Shown here: positions 10,239 to 22,235 of the stretch, piece by piece
Layout: every line of letters starts with the position of its first letter
Numbering within the stretch: position 1 is the first letter of the stretch
DNA from: Gemmatimonadales bacterium
GTDB taxonomy: Bacteria; Gemmatimonadota; Gemmatimonadetes; Gemmatimonadales; GWC2-71-9
Assembly (NCBI GenBank): GCA_035259785.1
Contig: DATFVZ010000235.1
Coordinates: forward strand, 2,461 to 66,460
Direction: 5' to 3'
Length of the DNA stretch: 64,000 nt
Notes under the pieces: generated by a model
Told to the model about the DNA's origin: nothing
Seen by the model: only the letters and a program-made list of their open reading frames with translations
The model's database searches: none
Made by a program: the position numbers and the translations under genes

Positions 10239-13082
10239 TCAGGATCCACCTGCCCGCGTCAAATCTCGGAGGTAGCGGCCCGTGGTCGACTCGGTCGCGG
10301 CAACTTCCTCGGGTGTACCAACGGCGACCACGCGGCCGCCCTGGTCGCCTGCGCCGGGGCCGAGGTCGATGATCCAGTCCGCGCGCTTGATCACGTCGAG
10401 GTTGTGTTCGATCACGACGACGGTATGGCCCGCGTCGACCAGCCGGTCGAGCACGCGACAAAGAACCCGGACGTCGTCGAGGTGCAGACCCGTCGTCGGC
10501 TCATCCAGAAGATAGAGCTTGCGCTTGCCCGCCGAGCGCCTGGTGTTCCCCGCGTGCGCCAGCTCGCGCGCGATCTTCAGTCGCTGTGCTTCGCCACCCG
10601 ACAGAGTCGTCGCGGACTGACCCAGACGGAGGTATCCGAGTCCCACCTGTTGCAAATACCACAGGCACCTCGCGAGACGGGGGTGCCGATGAAGCTTTTG
10701 AATTGCCTGATCCACTGTCCACTCGAGCGCCTGCGCGATGTTGACGCCTTTCATCTTGACGTCCAACACCTCGCGCTTGAATCGGCTGCCGCCGCAGACC
10801 TCGCACGGGACGAACACGTTTGCCAGGAACACCATCTCGATGATCACGTGTCCGGCGCCTTCACACGCTTCGCACCGCCCACCTGCCACATTGAAGGAAA
10901 ACGTGCTCGGGGCGTACCCACGGGCACGCGCCAGCGCTTCGTTCGCGAATAGCGCTCGCAGCTCGTCGAACGCCTTGACGTACGTCACCGGATTCGAGCG
11001 CGGGGTGCGGCCAATGGGCGCCTGGTCGATGCACACAACGTCCTCCAGGGCCTCCCATCCCTTCAACTCGCTGATCATACCGACCGCCTCCCCGAGGTGT
11101 CGCTTGGCGGTGTGCTCGCCTCGGAGTCGGGATTCGAGCTGGCGGTACAGCACGTCGTGGACGAGCGTTGATTTTCCCGAGCCCGATACCCCGGTCACAG
11201 CGGTCAACGTGCCGAGGGGAATGCGCACGTCCACGCCGGCGAGGTTATGGAGCCGCGCTCCTTTGATCTCGAGCCATCGGACCGCCGGCCGGCGTGCCGA
11301 GGGCACACCGATCAACTTCTCGCCCGAGATGTATTGACCGGTGAGCGTACCGGCCTCGCGCACGCCAGCCGCGGGGCCTTGATAGACGAGCTGGCCACCG
11401 GCGGCTCCGCTGGCCGGGCCGAGCTCCACCATCCAATCGGCGGCACGCATTGCCGCTGGATCGTGCTCCACCACGACCACGGTATTGCCCCCGACCGACA
11501 ATCTCCGCAGAAGTCCCAGCAATCGGTCGACATCGGCGGGGTGCAAACCGATCGATGGCTCGTCGAGCACGTAGAGGGTATCGACCAGATGAGAGCCAAG
11601 CGCATTGGACAGCGCGATGCGCTGTGCCTCCCCGCCTGATAGCGTACGCGTCTGTCGGTCGAGAGTGATGTAGCCCAGTCCGACATCGTTTACAAACTCG
11701 ACGCGCGCCCGCAGTTCGCCAAGAATGTGATCAGCCACCCTCTGCTGGAATGCGGGCAACGTCAGCTGCTCCAGCCAAACAGCGAGGTCGGCCACCGTGA
11801 GCGCCGCCACTTCAGCAATTGTCTTCCCAGCGACTCGGACTGCCAGTGACTCAGGTTTGAGACGGGAACCGCCGCATGCAGGGCACGTCTTGGCGAGTTG
11901 GTACTGCCGCAGGAAAACGCGGATGTACTGCTTGTACCGTTTCTCTTCAAGCCGCCCCAAGAAGGGGAAAATGCCGAGGTAGCGACCGCCGTTGTTGTGG
12001 AGCAGGAAGTGTCGCTCGCGTCTGGGGAGGTCGCGCCACGGCGTGTCGAACGCAATGCCTCTGGCACGAGCCGTCTCTCGCAGCAGCCTGCGCCGCCCCT
12101 CATAGCGGGGCTTTGTCCATGGATCGACTGCCCCGCCGGCGAGCGAGCGGTTCGGATCGGGGACAATGAGCGACTCGTCGTATTCAAGGACAGCGCCAAA
12201 CCCGTTGCACGTGCCGCACGCGCCCCGCGGATTATTGAAGGAAAAGAGAGTAGGCGTGAGCAGCGGTGCCGCACTGCCGCACGACGAGCACGCGGGATGT
12301 TCGGAAAAGCGACGTCGGTCGCCATTGTTCAGCGCGAGCGCGACCCCCTCGCCTTCACTAAAGGCGGTAGCGATCGCGTCGGCGAGGCGGCCGCGGTTTT
12401 CTGGAGCCGGTGCGATCCGGTCCACGAGCACCAGAACATCCGTTCCCGCACGGACCTTCCCCTCCGCGCCCTCTTCGTCCAGGCGGACAACTGTCCCATC
12501 AACCTGAGCTCTGACAAAGCCGGCGGCGCGGAGCTGTGCAGCGATCTCGACATCGGGGCGATGTGCCGATTGGGGCAGGGGAAAAGCCACGATCACGTTG
12601 CCCGTTTCCCGTTGCCCGTTGTCCGTCAGCACGTCGTCCACGGCCTCCTGCACCGTGTCGCGTTTCACTTCGCACCCGCATTGGAGGCATGTCTGTGTCC
12701 CGGCACGAGCCCACAACAGCCGCAGGAAATCGGCGATTTCCGTGGCCGTGCCGACGGTGGACCGGCTGGACGTCGTGGGATTCTTTTGCTCGATCGCGAC
12801 CGCCGGGGACAAGCCCTCCATGGAATCGACCAATGGCTTCGGCATCCGCTCGAGGAACTGCTTGGCATAGGTCGATAGGGATTCGATGTAGCGGCGCTGA
12901 CCTTCGGCGTAGAGCGTATCGAACGCGAGTGAGCTTTTGCCCGACCCGGATGGACCGGTGACGACCGAGAGTGCCCGGCGTGGGAACTCGACTGTGATGC
13001 CTTTCAGATTATGCTGGCGTACGTTGCGAAGCACGACGCGTTGGGGGGGCGCACGCATAACCGGTAAAGATAACGCCTCCAC
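10239..13082 (-). CDS. uvrA: Excinuclease ABC subunit A
   Basis: 947 aa. Two ABC ATPase modules ([23 protein letters not shown]), zinc-finger Cys clusters, and signature LSGGEAQR twice. Confidence 0.98.
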   Translation of the reverse strand: MEALSLPVMRAPPQRVVLRNVRQHNLKGITVEFPRRALSVVTGPSGSGKSSLAFDTLYAEGQRRYIESLSTYAKQFLERMPKPLVDSMEGLSPAVAIEQKNPTTSSRSTVGTATEIADFLRLLWARAGTQTCLQCGCEVKRDTVQEAVDDVLTDNGQRETGNVIVAFPLPQSAHRPDVEIAAQLRAAGFVRAQVDGTVVRLDEEGAEGKVRAGTDVLVLVDRIAPAPENRGRLADAIATAFSEGEGVALALNNGDRRRFSEHPACSSCGSAAPLLTPTLFSFNNPRGACGTCNGFGAVLEYDESLIVPDPNRSLAGGAVDPWTKPRYEGRRRLLRETARARGIAFDTPWRDLPRRERHFLLHNNGGRYLGIFPFLGRLEEKRYKQYIRVFLRQYQLAKTCPACGGSRLKPESLAVRVAGKTIAEVAALTVADLAVWLEQLTLPAFQQRVADHILGELRARVEFVNDVGLGYITLDRQTRTLSGGEAQRIALSNALGSHLVDTLYVLDEPSIGLHPADVDRLLGLLRRLSVGGNTVVVVEHDPAAMRAADWMVELGPASGAAGGQLVYQGPAAGVREAGTLTGQYISGEKLIGVPSARRPAVRWLEIKGARLHNLAGVDVRIPLGTLTAVTGVSGSGKSTLVHDVLYRQLESRLRGEHTAKRHLGEAVGMISELKGWEALEDVVCIDQAPIGRTPRSNPVTYVKAFDELRALFANEALARARGYAPSTFSFNVAGGRCEACEGAGHVIIEMVFLANVFVPCEVCGGSRFKREVLDVKMKGVNIAQALEWTVDQAIQKLHRHPRLARCLWYLQQVGLGYLRLGQSATTLSGGEAQRLKIARELAHAGNTRRSAGKRKLYLLDEPTTGLHLDDVRVLCRVLDRLVDAGHTVVVIEHNLDVIKRADWIIDLGPGAGDQGGRVVAVGTPEEVAATESTTGRYLRDLTRAGGS

Positions 13083-13132
13083 TACCCGATAGCCTTCTGG
13101 CCAGACCTACCGATCCTCTCTAGTTTCGCCCC

Positions 13133-14212
13133 GTGGCCCTGCTCACCCCGCGCCTCCTCCGCCGAGGTCTTGAGCTTTTCGCCCTGATCTCACTCGGCGG
13201 CGTCGCAATACTCGTTGCCTATTACCTGATCCGTTTCGGTGATCGGGTTGACGTATTTCTCGCGCCATTCTCGCGGCTCCATTGGGGATGGGTCGCGATC
13301 GGCATGGTGCTCGCTTCGATGGATTGGTTTGGTGGCGGACTACGGCTGTGGGTATGCACGCGACACGTCTACCCGGGCGTCAGGTTGGGCGACATGTTCC
13401 TGGCCGGTGGGTTCGGCGCCTACGGTGCGTACCTCACCCCGTTTCAATCAGGCTCGGCGCCGATGGCAATGTGGGTGATGAAACGCGCCGGCGTGCCCGT
13501 GCCGGTGGCTCTCAGCTCGATCTTCGTGACATTCATTTCGACAGTAGGGTTCTTCGCCATCGCCGGACCTATCGCCATCTGGCTGGGCGCGGGCAGGTCG
13601 TTAGCTCAGCATGGTCTTGTCCTTGGCATCACGCTGTACGACCTCTTCAAGACCAGTCTGACGATCTTCGGCATCTTGGGGGTGCTGATGATCACGGCGG
13701 TTGTGTTTCCCGGCGCGGTGAAACGCTTCATTCAGAGGCTCGCGGCCCGAATCGGCCGCCGCAATCCTCGCGCCGCACAGCGCATGGAGAAGCTGTCCGC
13801 GGGCGTGGATCGGGCGCACGACTGCATGGTTGCTTTTGGATCGCTAAAAGGTCTGTTCACGCTGTTGCTGGCCGTCATCATCTCGGCACCGTCTCATGCC
13901 AACAAGCTGCTGGCCGGCTACGTCACCATGCGCGTGCTGGGGTTGCCCGCGGATTTCACCGAGATCCTCTTGCTACAGACCCTCATCTCGTTCCTACTCT
14001 ACTTCGCCCCCACCCCCGGGGCTTCAGGCCTTGCGGAATTGACCTCCGCGGCCGTCATGTCGATCTACGTACCACGCGAGTTGACGCCGAGCTATACGCT
14101 GATCTGGCGATTCATCAACAGCTACGCAACGGTGATCGTCGGATCATTGATCTTCTGGTACTGGTTGCGCCGCGGATTGATTGGACGCGAGGAAGCGGTC
14201 GGCATCACCTAA
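13133..14212 (+). CDS. Flippase-like / lysylphosphatidylglycerol-synthase-TM-region family membrane protein (UPF0104-like)
   Basis: 359 aa polytopic membrane protein. It has the conserved C-terminal motif typical of this family (YFAPTPGASGLAELT). GTG start. Confidence 0.7.
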   Translation: MALLTPRLLRRGLELFALISLGGVAILVAYYLIRFGDRVDVFLAPFSRLHWGWVAIGMVLASMDWFGGGLRLWVCTRHVYPGVRLGDMFLAGGFGAYGAYLTPFQSGSAPMAMWVMKRAGVPVPVALSSIFVTFISTVGFFAIAGPIAIWLGAGRSLAQHGLVLGITLYDLFKTSLTIFGILGVLMITAVVFPGAVKRFIQRLAARIGRRNPRAAQRMEKLSAGVDRAHDCMVAFGSLKGLFTLLLAVIISAPSHANKLLAGYVTMRVLGLPADFTEILLLQTLISFLLYFAPTPGASGLAELTSAAVMSIYVPRELTPSYTLIWRFINSYATVIVGSLIFWYWLRRGLIGREEAVGIT

Positions 14213-14309
14213 CTTTTTGTTAGGGGTGCTGTAACTTCTAGTTGCTTGCCGAGTTATAAGCCCACACGTAACTTCTCGGACCTGGCCACCGACACGGGAG
14301 TGCCATTGC

Positions 14310-15713
14310 ATGGCGTTGCTTGAGCTGGGAGGGCGGGCGGGGCAACGGTATTCCCTCCCGCAGGGCGAGGTGCTCCTGGGTGCAGATCGATCCTGCGCCA
14401 TCTCCTTGGCTTTTCCCGGCGTCCTGCCTCTTCACGCGAAAATCAAGACAGAAGGCAACGGCGAAGTCGTAATCAGCAAGGCGGTTCCTGAAGCAGAGGT
14501 TCTGATCAATGGGGTGCGTCTGGGAGCCGAGCCTACCCCGCTGCTGCACGGCGACAAGATCGAGGTAGCGGGGCAGGAGCTGACGTTCGTCGACGAGCGA
14601 CGGAGCGGCAGCACTCAATACATGCACGCGATTACGCCCCAAGCCGCCGCGCAGGCCAAGGAAACCAAAGGTGCCAAGGCCACCGCCAATACGGGCGGTC
14701 GCGTCGTATCTCTAACAGACGGCCGCGAGTATGCGGTCGCCGGATCTTCGCTCGTGTTTGGGCGTGATGCGTCCTGCGATGTCGTCGTTTCCGGCAAGGA
14801 CGTGTCTCGCCGCCACGCCGAAATCGTGCAAACGCCCAAAGGGTACCTGATTGTCGATTCGAGCACCAATGGGACATCCGTCAATGACGTGCGAATCGAA
14901 GGGCAGCGGCTGCTCGCCCGAGCCGATGTGATCACGATTGGCGAAGAGAAGTTTCGCTTTTACGCTGACACGCCCGCTCCGGCACCGGCTCCGCCTCCAG
15001 CATCCCAGAAAGCAGAGCCTACCACTGGGACTGGTGCGCGCCTGCGAGAGACGGTTCATGGAATGCCGGTGGCTCGCCCGCCTGTCACGTCTGCGCCGCC
15101 CCAACCCACGGCCCCTCGGCCGTCGTCAGGGAGCGGGGGCGGCGGGGGCGCCCTCGCCGCGTTCCTCGTTCGAAGCGGTGCGATGAAAGGACAGCGGTTG
15201 CAGGTGAGAACTCCGATCGTCAACATCGGGCGGGCCGAGTACAATGATCTGGTTTTGACGGATGAATCGGTATCTACGTCGCACGCCAAACTGCAACGTC
15301 GTGAAGGCGTATGGGTATTGATAGACCTCGACTCGACTAACGGAACATTCGTCGATGGCGATCAGATAAAGGGGGAAACCGCGCTCGCGCCAGGCGCGAA
15401 TGTCCGCTTCGGGGAGATCGGGCTGGTCTTCGAGCCGACGGATGATGCGGTGGGAGTCGCCAAGGGCGGCGCGACGCGCATGATGGAAAAGATGACGATG
15501 TCGCCCGCGCCGCCGACGCCGAAGCCTCCACCGCCCAAACCCGCGGCTCAGCCCCCGAAGCCCGTCGGTGCGAAACCGGTGGGCGCGAAACCCGTGGCGG
15601 CAAGACCCAAGGGAGCAAAGCCTCCGGCCGCGCAACAAAAAGCGAAAGGCTGCGGCGCGAGTGCGGTAATTCTCCTAGTGGTCGTTGGATTGGCTTACTG
15701 GGTGTTCATCTAG
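14310..15713 (+). CDS. Triple-FHA-domain protein with Pro-rich linkers and C-terminal transmembrane anchor
   Basis: Three FHA-like units (..LLGADRSCAISL..LHAKI..VLINGV; ..VFGRDASCDVVV..VSRRHAEI..STNGTSVND; ..NIGRAEYNDLVL..VSTSHAKL..STNGTFVDG). C-terminal anchor AVILLVVVGLAYWVFI. Confidence 0.88.
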   Translation: MALLELGGRAGQRYSLPQGEVLLGADRSCAISLAFPGVLPLHAKIKTEGNGEVVISKAVPEAEVLINGVRLGAEPTPLLHGDKIEVAGQELTFVDERRSGSTQYMHAITPQAAAQAKETKGAKATANTGGRVVSLTDGREYAVAGSSLVFGRDASCDVVVSGKDVSRRHAEIVQTPKGYLIVDSSTNGTSVNDVRIEGQRLLARADVITIGEEKFRFYADTPAPAPAPPPASQKAEPTTGTGARLRETVHGMPVARPPVTSAPPQPTAPRPSSGSGGGGGALAAFLVRSGAMKGQRLQVRTPIVNIGRAEYNDLVLTDESVSTSHAKLQRREGVWVLIDLDSTNGTFVDGDQIKGETALAPGANVRFGEIGLVFEPTDDAVGVAKGGATRMMEKMTMSPAPPTPKPPPPKPAAQPPKPVGAKPVGAKPVAARPKGAKPPAAQQKAKGCGASAVILLVVVGLAYWVFI

Positions 15714-15720
15714 GCATCGC

Positions 15721-16509
15721 GTGCACATCACATCAGCTGGCCGCACCGATGTCGGCGTCATCCGGTCGGGGAATGAGGATAGTCTCATCCTCGTGCCGGA
15801 CCGAGGCATCTTTGTCGTCGCCGACGGGATGGGTGGGCATGCCGCCGGCGAAGTCGCGAGTGAAATGGCGGTCCGCTTTGTGGCGCGGGAGCTCGAATCG
15901 CTGCGCGGTCTCAACGACGAGCAGGTAGCCGATCGGATGCGGGGCGCGATCCGGGCGGCCAACGGCGCGATCTTTCAGCGAACTCTCACCGAGCATGACA
16001 AGCGCGGCATGGGGACGACCGTGACCGCACTGACCCTGTTTGGGACGCGCTTCCTCATCGGGCAGGTGGGCGATAGCCGCGCTTACCTGCTGCGCGACAG
16101 CCGCCTGAGCCAGCTCACGAAAGATCATTCCTACGTCCAAGAGCAGGTGGACGCCGGGTACCTCACACCCGAGCAGGCGCGTACCCATCCGTACAGCAAC
16201 GTGATCACGCGGTGTGTGGGTGCAAACAGCGAGGTCATGCCGGACATCTACGTCGGGACAGTGAGGGCGAGCGACGTCTTCCTGCTGGCATCCGACGGTC
16301 TCACAGGAATGCTCGAGGACTACCAGCTGCAGGAGCTGCTTTCTCCCGACAGAATGCCGCAGGAGGAGGTGGACGCGCTGATTGCCGAAGCCAATCGCCA
16401 CGGGGGTCTCGATAACATCACGGCGATCATCGTGCGAGTCGATTCAGTCGATTCACCGCCGCCGGAAGACGACGTCAAGACTCAGCCGAACGCGCAGCGG
16501 CCCCGCTAA
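15721..16509 (+). CDS. PP2C-family Ser/Thr protein phosphatase
   Basis: Motifs RTDVGVIRSGNEDS, VVADGMGGHAAGEVAS, LLASDGL and NGGLDNITAIIV. GTG at 15721 is 7 nt after the FHA stop; the track start at 15685 would overlap that gene. The 3' end overlaps the convergent HD gene by 35 bp. Confidence 0.9.
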   Translation: MHITSAGRTDVGVIRSGNEDSLILVPDRGIFVVADGMGGHAAGEVASEMAVRFVARELESLRGLNDEQVADRMRGAIRAANGAIFQRTLTEHDKRGMGTTVTALTLFGTRFLIGQVGDSRAYLLRDSRLSQLTKDHSYVQEQVDAGYLTPEQARTHPYSNVITRCVGANSEVMPDIYVGTVRASDVFLLASDGLTGMLEDYQLQELLSPDRMPQEEVDALIAEANRHGGLDNITAIIVRVDSVDSPPPEDDVKTQPNAQRPR

Positions 16510-17686
16510 GTAGCGCCTTTTCCCCTCCCAGCCGGGCCTCTACCTCCTCGCGTGGCCAGGTGATCAGCTCCACGATCGCCCGGCCCGGAACTTCGACAGG
16601 TTCGAGCACGAACACGCGCAGGCACTGCGCGGAGCGATGGAGCTCGTCGGCGACGCGCGGCAGCCCCAGGTGTTGCGCGGCGCTGCCCGACCGTCCCACA
16701 ACCGGCACCGCGACCGCAAGCATGTCAGGTTTTGAGGGAAAATCAAGAAACAGCTGGTCGGCGCCGAGGCCGAGCTCGCGGGCGAGGCGCATCTCCACGC
16801 GCTCCAACAGATCGGGATCCGACGACGGCCAGTTCGCGGTTTCGGTAGGGAGCTCGATCGCCGGGATGTCGAGTCCGCGCTTTGCGAGCCGGCGCTCGCG
16901 CAGCGCGCGCGCCAGTCCGGTCTGATCTCTGGCCTGCAGCTCGTGGCTGAGCCCGTCGTCGGTGGCGGTTGCGACGTCATCGGGAGAGACGTGCCCCGCG
17001 GCGATCGCGCGGCGAACGAGACGTTTGAACATCGCGGTCGCGCTGCGGACCGCGTGATGCCAGTAGACATTCCGGTACATCTGATACTTCGCGAACAGCA
17101 GCGACTCGAGCGCGGCGAGTCCTTTCGCATGCAGCGCGACGCCCTGCGGTGTGAGCGTCAACGAGGTCAGCAGTCGGTCAACGTCGATTACACCATAAGG
17201 GACGCCGCACATCGTCGCGTCCCGTGAGAGGTAATCGAGCTTGTCGACGTCGAGCGAGCCGGCCACGATGCCGGCGAGTGGCGAGGTGCTGGTGCCTTGA
17301 ATCAGCTGAAGCAACCGTTCGATCGAGACCCCGGCGTCTTCGAGGACGCGAGCCAGCGCCCCGCTCCGCAAGTAGCGGCTCCCCAGGCTTTCGTGTCGGG
17401 GAAGCCCCGCCTCTTCGAGCGCGTGTGAAAACGGATAGTGCCCGATGTCGTGCAGCAATGCGGCGAGTCGAACGTCGCGGTCCTGGGTGAGGCGGCCGGC
17501 CAGGTGATAGGTGCCCAGCGCATGCTCGAACCGAGTATGCGTGGCGCCGGGGTAAACGAGGAAAGCGTGCCCGAGTTGCCGCACGTAGCGCAGGCGCTGA
17601 AACGCCGGCGTATCGATCACAGCCAGAGCCTCGGGCTCGAGGCGGATGTTGTTCCAGAGTGGGTCGCGAACGACCTCGAAGGACAA
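16475..17686 (-). CDS. SAMHD1-like HD-domain phosphohydrolase (putative dNTP triphosphohydrolase)
   Basis: The N-terminus DPLWNNIRLEPEALAVIDTPAFQRLRYVRQLGHAFLVYPGATHTRFEHALGTYHLA and LLHDIGHYPFSHALE closely follow the SAMHD1/EF1143 HD-region pattern. TTG start. Confidence 0.8.
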   Translation of the reverse strand: MSFEVVRDPLWNNIRLEPEALAVIDTPAFQRLRYVRQLGHAFLVYPGATHTRFEHALGTYHLAGRLTQDRDVRLAALLHDIGHYPFSHALEEAGLPRHESLGSRYLRSGALARVLEDAGVSIERLLQLIQGTSTSPLAGIVAGSLDVDKLDYLSRDATMCGVPYGVIDVDRLLTSLTLTPQGVALHAKGLAALESLLFAKYQMYRNVYWHHAVRSATAMFKRLVRRAIAAGHVSPDDVATATDDGLSHELQARDQTGLARALRERRLAKRGLDIPAIELPTETANWPSSDPDLLERVEMRLARELGLGADQLFLDFPSKPDMLAVAVPVVGRSGSAAQHLGLPRVADELHRSAQCLRVFVLEPVEVPGRAIVELITWPREEVEARLGGEKALLSGAAARSAES

Positions 17687-17715
17687 GGGCCTAGGGCCTG
17701 GGGCCTAGGGCCTAG
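17687..17715. repeat. Tandem heptamer array GGGCCTA-GGGCCTG-GGGCCTA-GGGCCTA spanning the pckA stop and the 25-nt spacer before the HD gene
   Basis: Read directly: GGGCCTAGGGCCTGGGGCCTAGGGCCTAG. The same unit recurs at 62073-62105. Confidence 0.8.
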
Positions 17716-19264
17716 AGGGCCGGGCCCGCAGCCCGCACCCCCTCCGAGACTGACTCAGCGAATTGCTCAAAGTTCTTTCGAAACAACGCCGTCAGCTTGC
17801 TTGCTTGAGCATCATACGCGGCCGGATCTTGCCATGTTCTGCGCGGATCGAGAATCTCGTCTTTCACGCCAGGGACGTGCTGCGGTACGTTGAGGCCGAA
17901 CACAGGCTCGCGGCGTGTGCGAACGCTGTCGAGATGCCCTGCAAGGGCGGCGCGAATCATGGCGCGCGTGGCTTTCAAGTCCATGCGGTGACCGATGCCA
18001 TAGGGGCCGCACGTCCATCCGGTATTCACGAGCCAGCAGCGCACTTGATGGTGCTCGATGTGCTGCCCCAGCATCTTCGCGTAGACAGCAGGTGGAAGCG
18101 GCAGGAATGGCGCGCCAAAGCACGCCGAGAACGTCTCCTTCGGCTCGGTCACGCCACGCTCCGTGCCGGCCACCTTGGCGGTGTAACCCGACAAGAAGTG
18201 GTACATGGCCTGGTCGGCAGTGAGCTTCGCGATGGGGGGCATGACGCCAAACGCATCGCAGGTGAGGAAAATGACGTCCCGGGGGTGTCCGGCCATTCCT
18301 TCGGGGACGTGGTTTGGGATGTAGTGAATGGGATACGAGGCGCGCGTATTCTCGGTGATGCGGGATGAATTGAGATCGATCGCCCCCGTTCTCGGATCGA
18401 TGTCGACGTTCTCCAACACCGTACCGAACATCTCGGTGGTAGCATAGATCTCCGGCTCGCCCTCGCGGGACAGCTTGATCACCTTGGCGTAACAGCCGCC
18501 CTCGAAGTTGAAGATGCCCTCGTCCGACCATCCATGTTCGTCATCGCCGATCAACTGGCGTTCAGCATCCGCGGAAAGCGTCGTCTTCCCCGTTCCGGAG
18601 AGGCCGAAGAACAGCGCTGTGGCGCCGTCGTGTCCCACGTTCGCCGAGCAGTGCATCGAGAGAACGCCCTGCTGCGGCAGGAGGTAGTTGAGAATCGTGA
18701 AGATCGACTTCTTGAGCTCCCCCGCGTAGCGAGTCCCGCCGATCAGGATGGTCCGCTGAGCCAAACTGACCACGATGAACGTGCCCGACTTGGTCCCATG
18801 GACCGCGGGGTCCGCATGGAATTCAGGGGCGTGCAAGACTTCGAATCCCGGCTCGAAGCTAGACAAATCGCCGTCGGCCGGGCGCAGGAACATGTTGTAG
18901 ACAAAGAGCGCGTGCCACGCGTTTGGCGTATAAAAGCGGATCGGAAGTCGGTAGTCTGAATCGGCGCCGGCGTAAACGTCCCGAATGAAGAGCTCCTGCC
19001 TTTGCAGATGCGCTTCGACGTCCGCCTTGAGCCGCTCGAACTGCTCCGGTTCGATCGGCTGATTGACCTTGCCCCACCAGATCAGATCGCTGGTCTCGGG
19101 CTCCCGGACAATGAACTTGTCGTTGGGACTGCGCCCTGTGTGCGGCGAGGTGACCGCGGCGAAGGGACCAGATGCCGTGACGACGCCTTCCCGGCGCCGC
19201 ACGGCGTGCTCATACAACTGGGAAGGCGTCAAATTCCGATAGACGCGCTGCTCGAGAGAAATCG

Positions 19265-19268
<4 letters not shown>
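17712..19268 (-). CDS. pckA: Phosphoenolpyruvate carboxykinase (ATP)
   Basis: 518 aa with kinase-1a loop GLSGTGKTTLS and typical PckA blocks (FNFEGGCYAK, IGGTRYAGELKKS). Confidence 0.97.
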
Positions 19269-21544
<2,276 letters not shown>

Positions 21545-21608
21545 GGACAGAAGTCCTTCCTTGAGAAGGAGTTATGCTAAGATAAGCGCTACGGCGGTGT
21601 CAAGTCGT

Positions 21609-22235
21609 CTAGCGTGGGGCGGGCGCAATGGTTGGTGTGGTGTGATACAGGACCTGCAGAGTCTGGCGGTCCCGCCCACTGGGCGCGGCCACCGCCACGG
21701 TGGAGTACATGACGTCCTCTGGAGCGGGACTCTCCTGTAACAGCCCGATGGTATGGCCCAGCTCGTGGACGACCACGCGACGCACGCAGGCTGCGACCTG
21801 TTCCAACGTGTAGCTCTGCGCCGTCGTGATGCGGATCTGCGTACGGATCGGGTCCGTGAGAGACGTGCCCGCGGCATCGAACAGGAATGTCGTTACGCCA
21901 TCGCAAGCGAAAACCGGTGCACCGGGATCCGGGGGCGCATAGGGCGGCACGCTGTCGAACCAGGTGACGATGACGTCGGCGACATTCGAATCGGCCACCA
22001 TCTCAGCCGTGAACTCGCCGTACAGCAGTTGGCTCTCCCACGACCCTAATCCATGCGTGACGATGTCGCTCATGCTCCCGCGGGTGTCGGCATAGTAGCG
22101 GACCGGTAGTCGGTTCCGCGGCCAGTGGAACACGTCACCGGCATTGTCGAAACCATACCAGGCCGCTCGCTCCGGGATCGTCGGTTCACTGCATGCGACA
22201 ACCACCGCGGTGCCGATCAACAATGCGCGTCTCAT
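21609..22235 (-). CDS. Metzincin-like zinc metalloprotease lipoprotein (matrixin/M10-like, variant third ligand)
   Basis: Lipobox VVVACS. HELGHTIGLLQE at 21735-21767 plus a Met-turn-like VMY. ATGA overlap with the upstream beta-barrel gene. Confidence 0.7.
   Translation of the reverse strand: MRRALLIGTAVVVACSEPTIPERAAWYGFDNAGDVFHWPRNRLPVRYYADTRGSMSDIVTHGLGSWESQLLYGEFTAEMVADSNVADVIVTWFDSVPPYAPPDPGAPVFACDGVTTFLFDAAGTSLTDPIRTQIRITTAQSYTLEQVAACVRRVVVHELGHTIGLLQESPAPEDVMYSTVAVAAPSGRDRQTLQVLYHTTPTIAPAPR

Noticed and set aside
13601-13612. A further copy of TGAGCTAAC (reverse complement) inside the flippase-like gene, considered as a member of the GCTAACCC motif family.
   Set aside because: It is only a 9-nt match inside coding sequence and lacks the flanking CCCATT or GGGTGG parts. 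This is compatible with chance.
14213-14245. The hairpin CACCTAAC-TTTTT-GTTAGG(GG)TG overlapping the stop of the flippase-like gene, as an intrinsic terminator.
   Set aside because: The stem is short and bulged. The T-run is in the loop rather than 3' of the stem, so it does not fit a canonical terminator. It is mentioned only as a weak structure.
17687-17715. A check of whether the short tandem repeat loci (17687-17715, 22798-22880, 31891-31972, 43697-43766, 62073-62141 and 62236-62310) could be CRISPR arrays.
   Set aside because: The units are only 7-9 nt, with no 25-40-nt unique spacers between 24-48-nt repeats. No cas genes are in the window.
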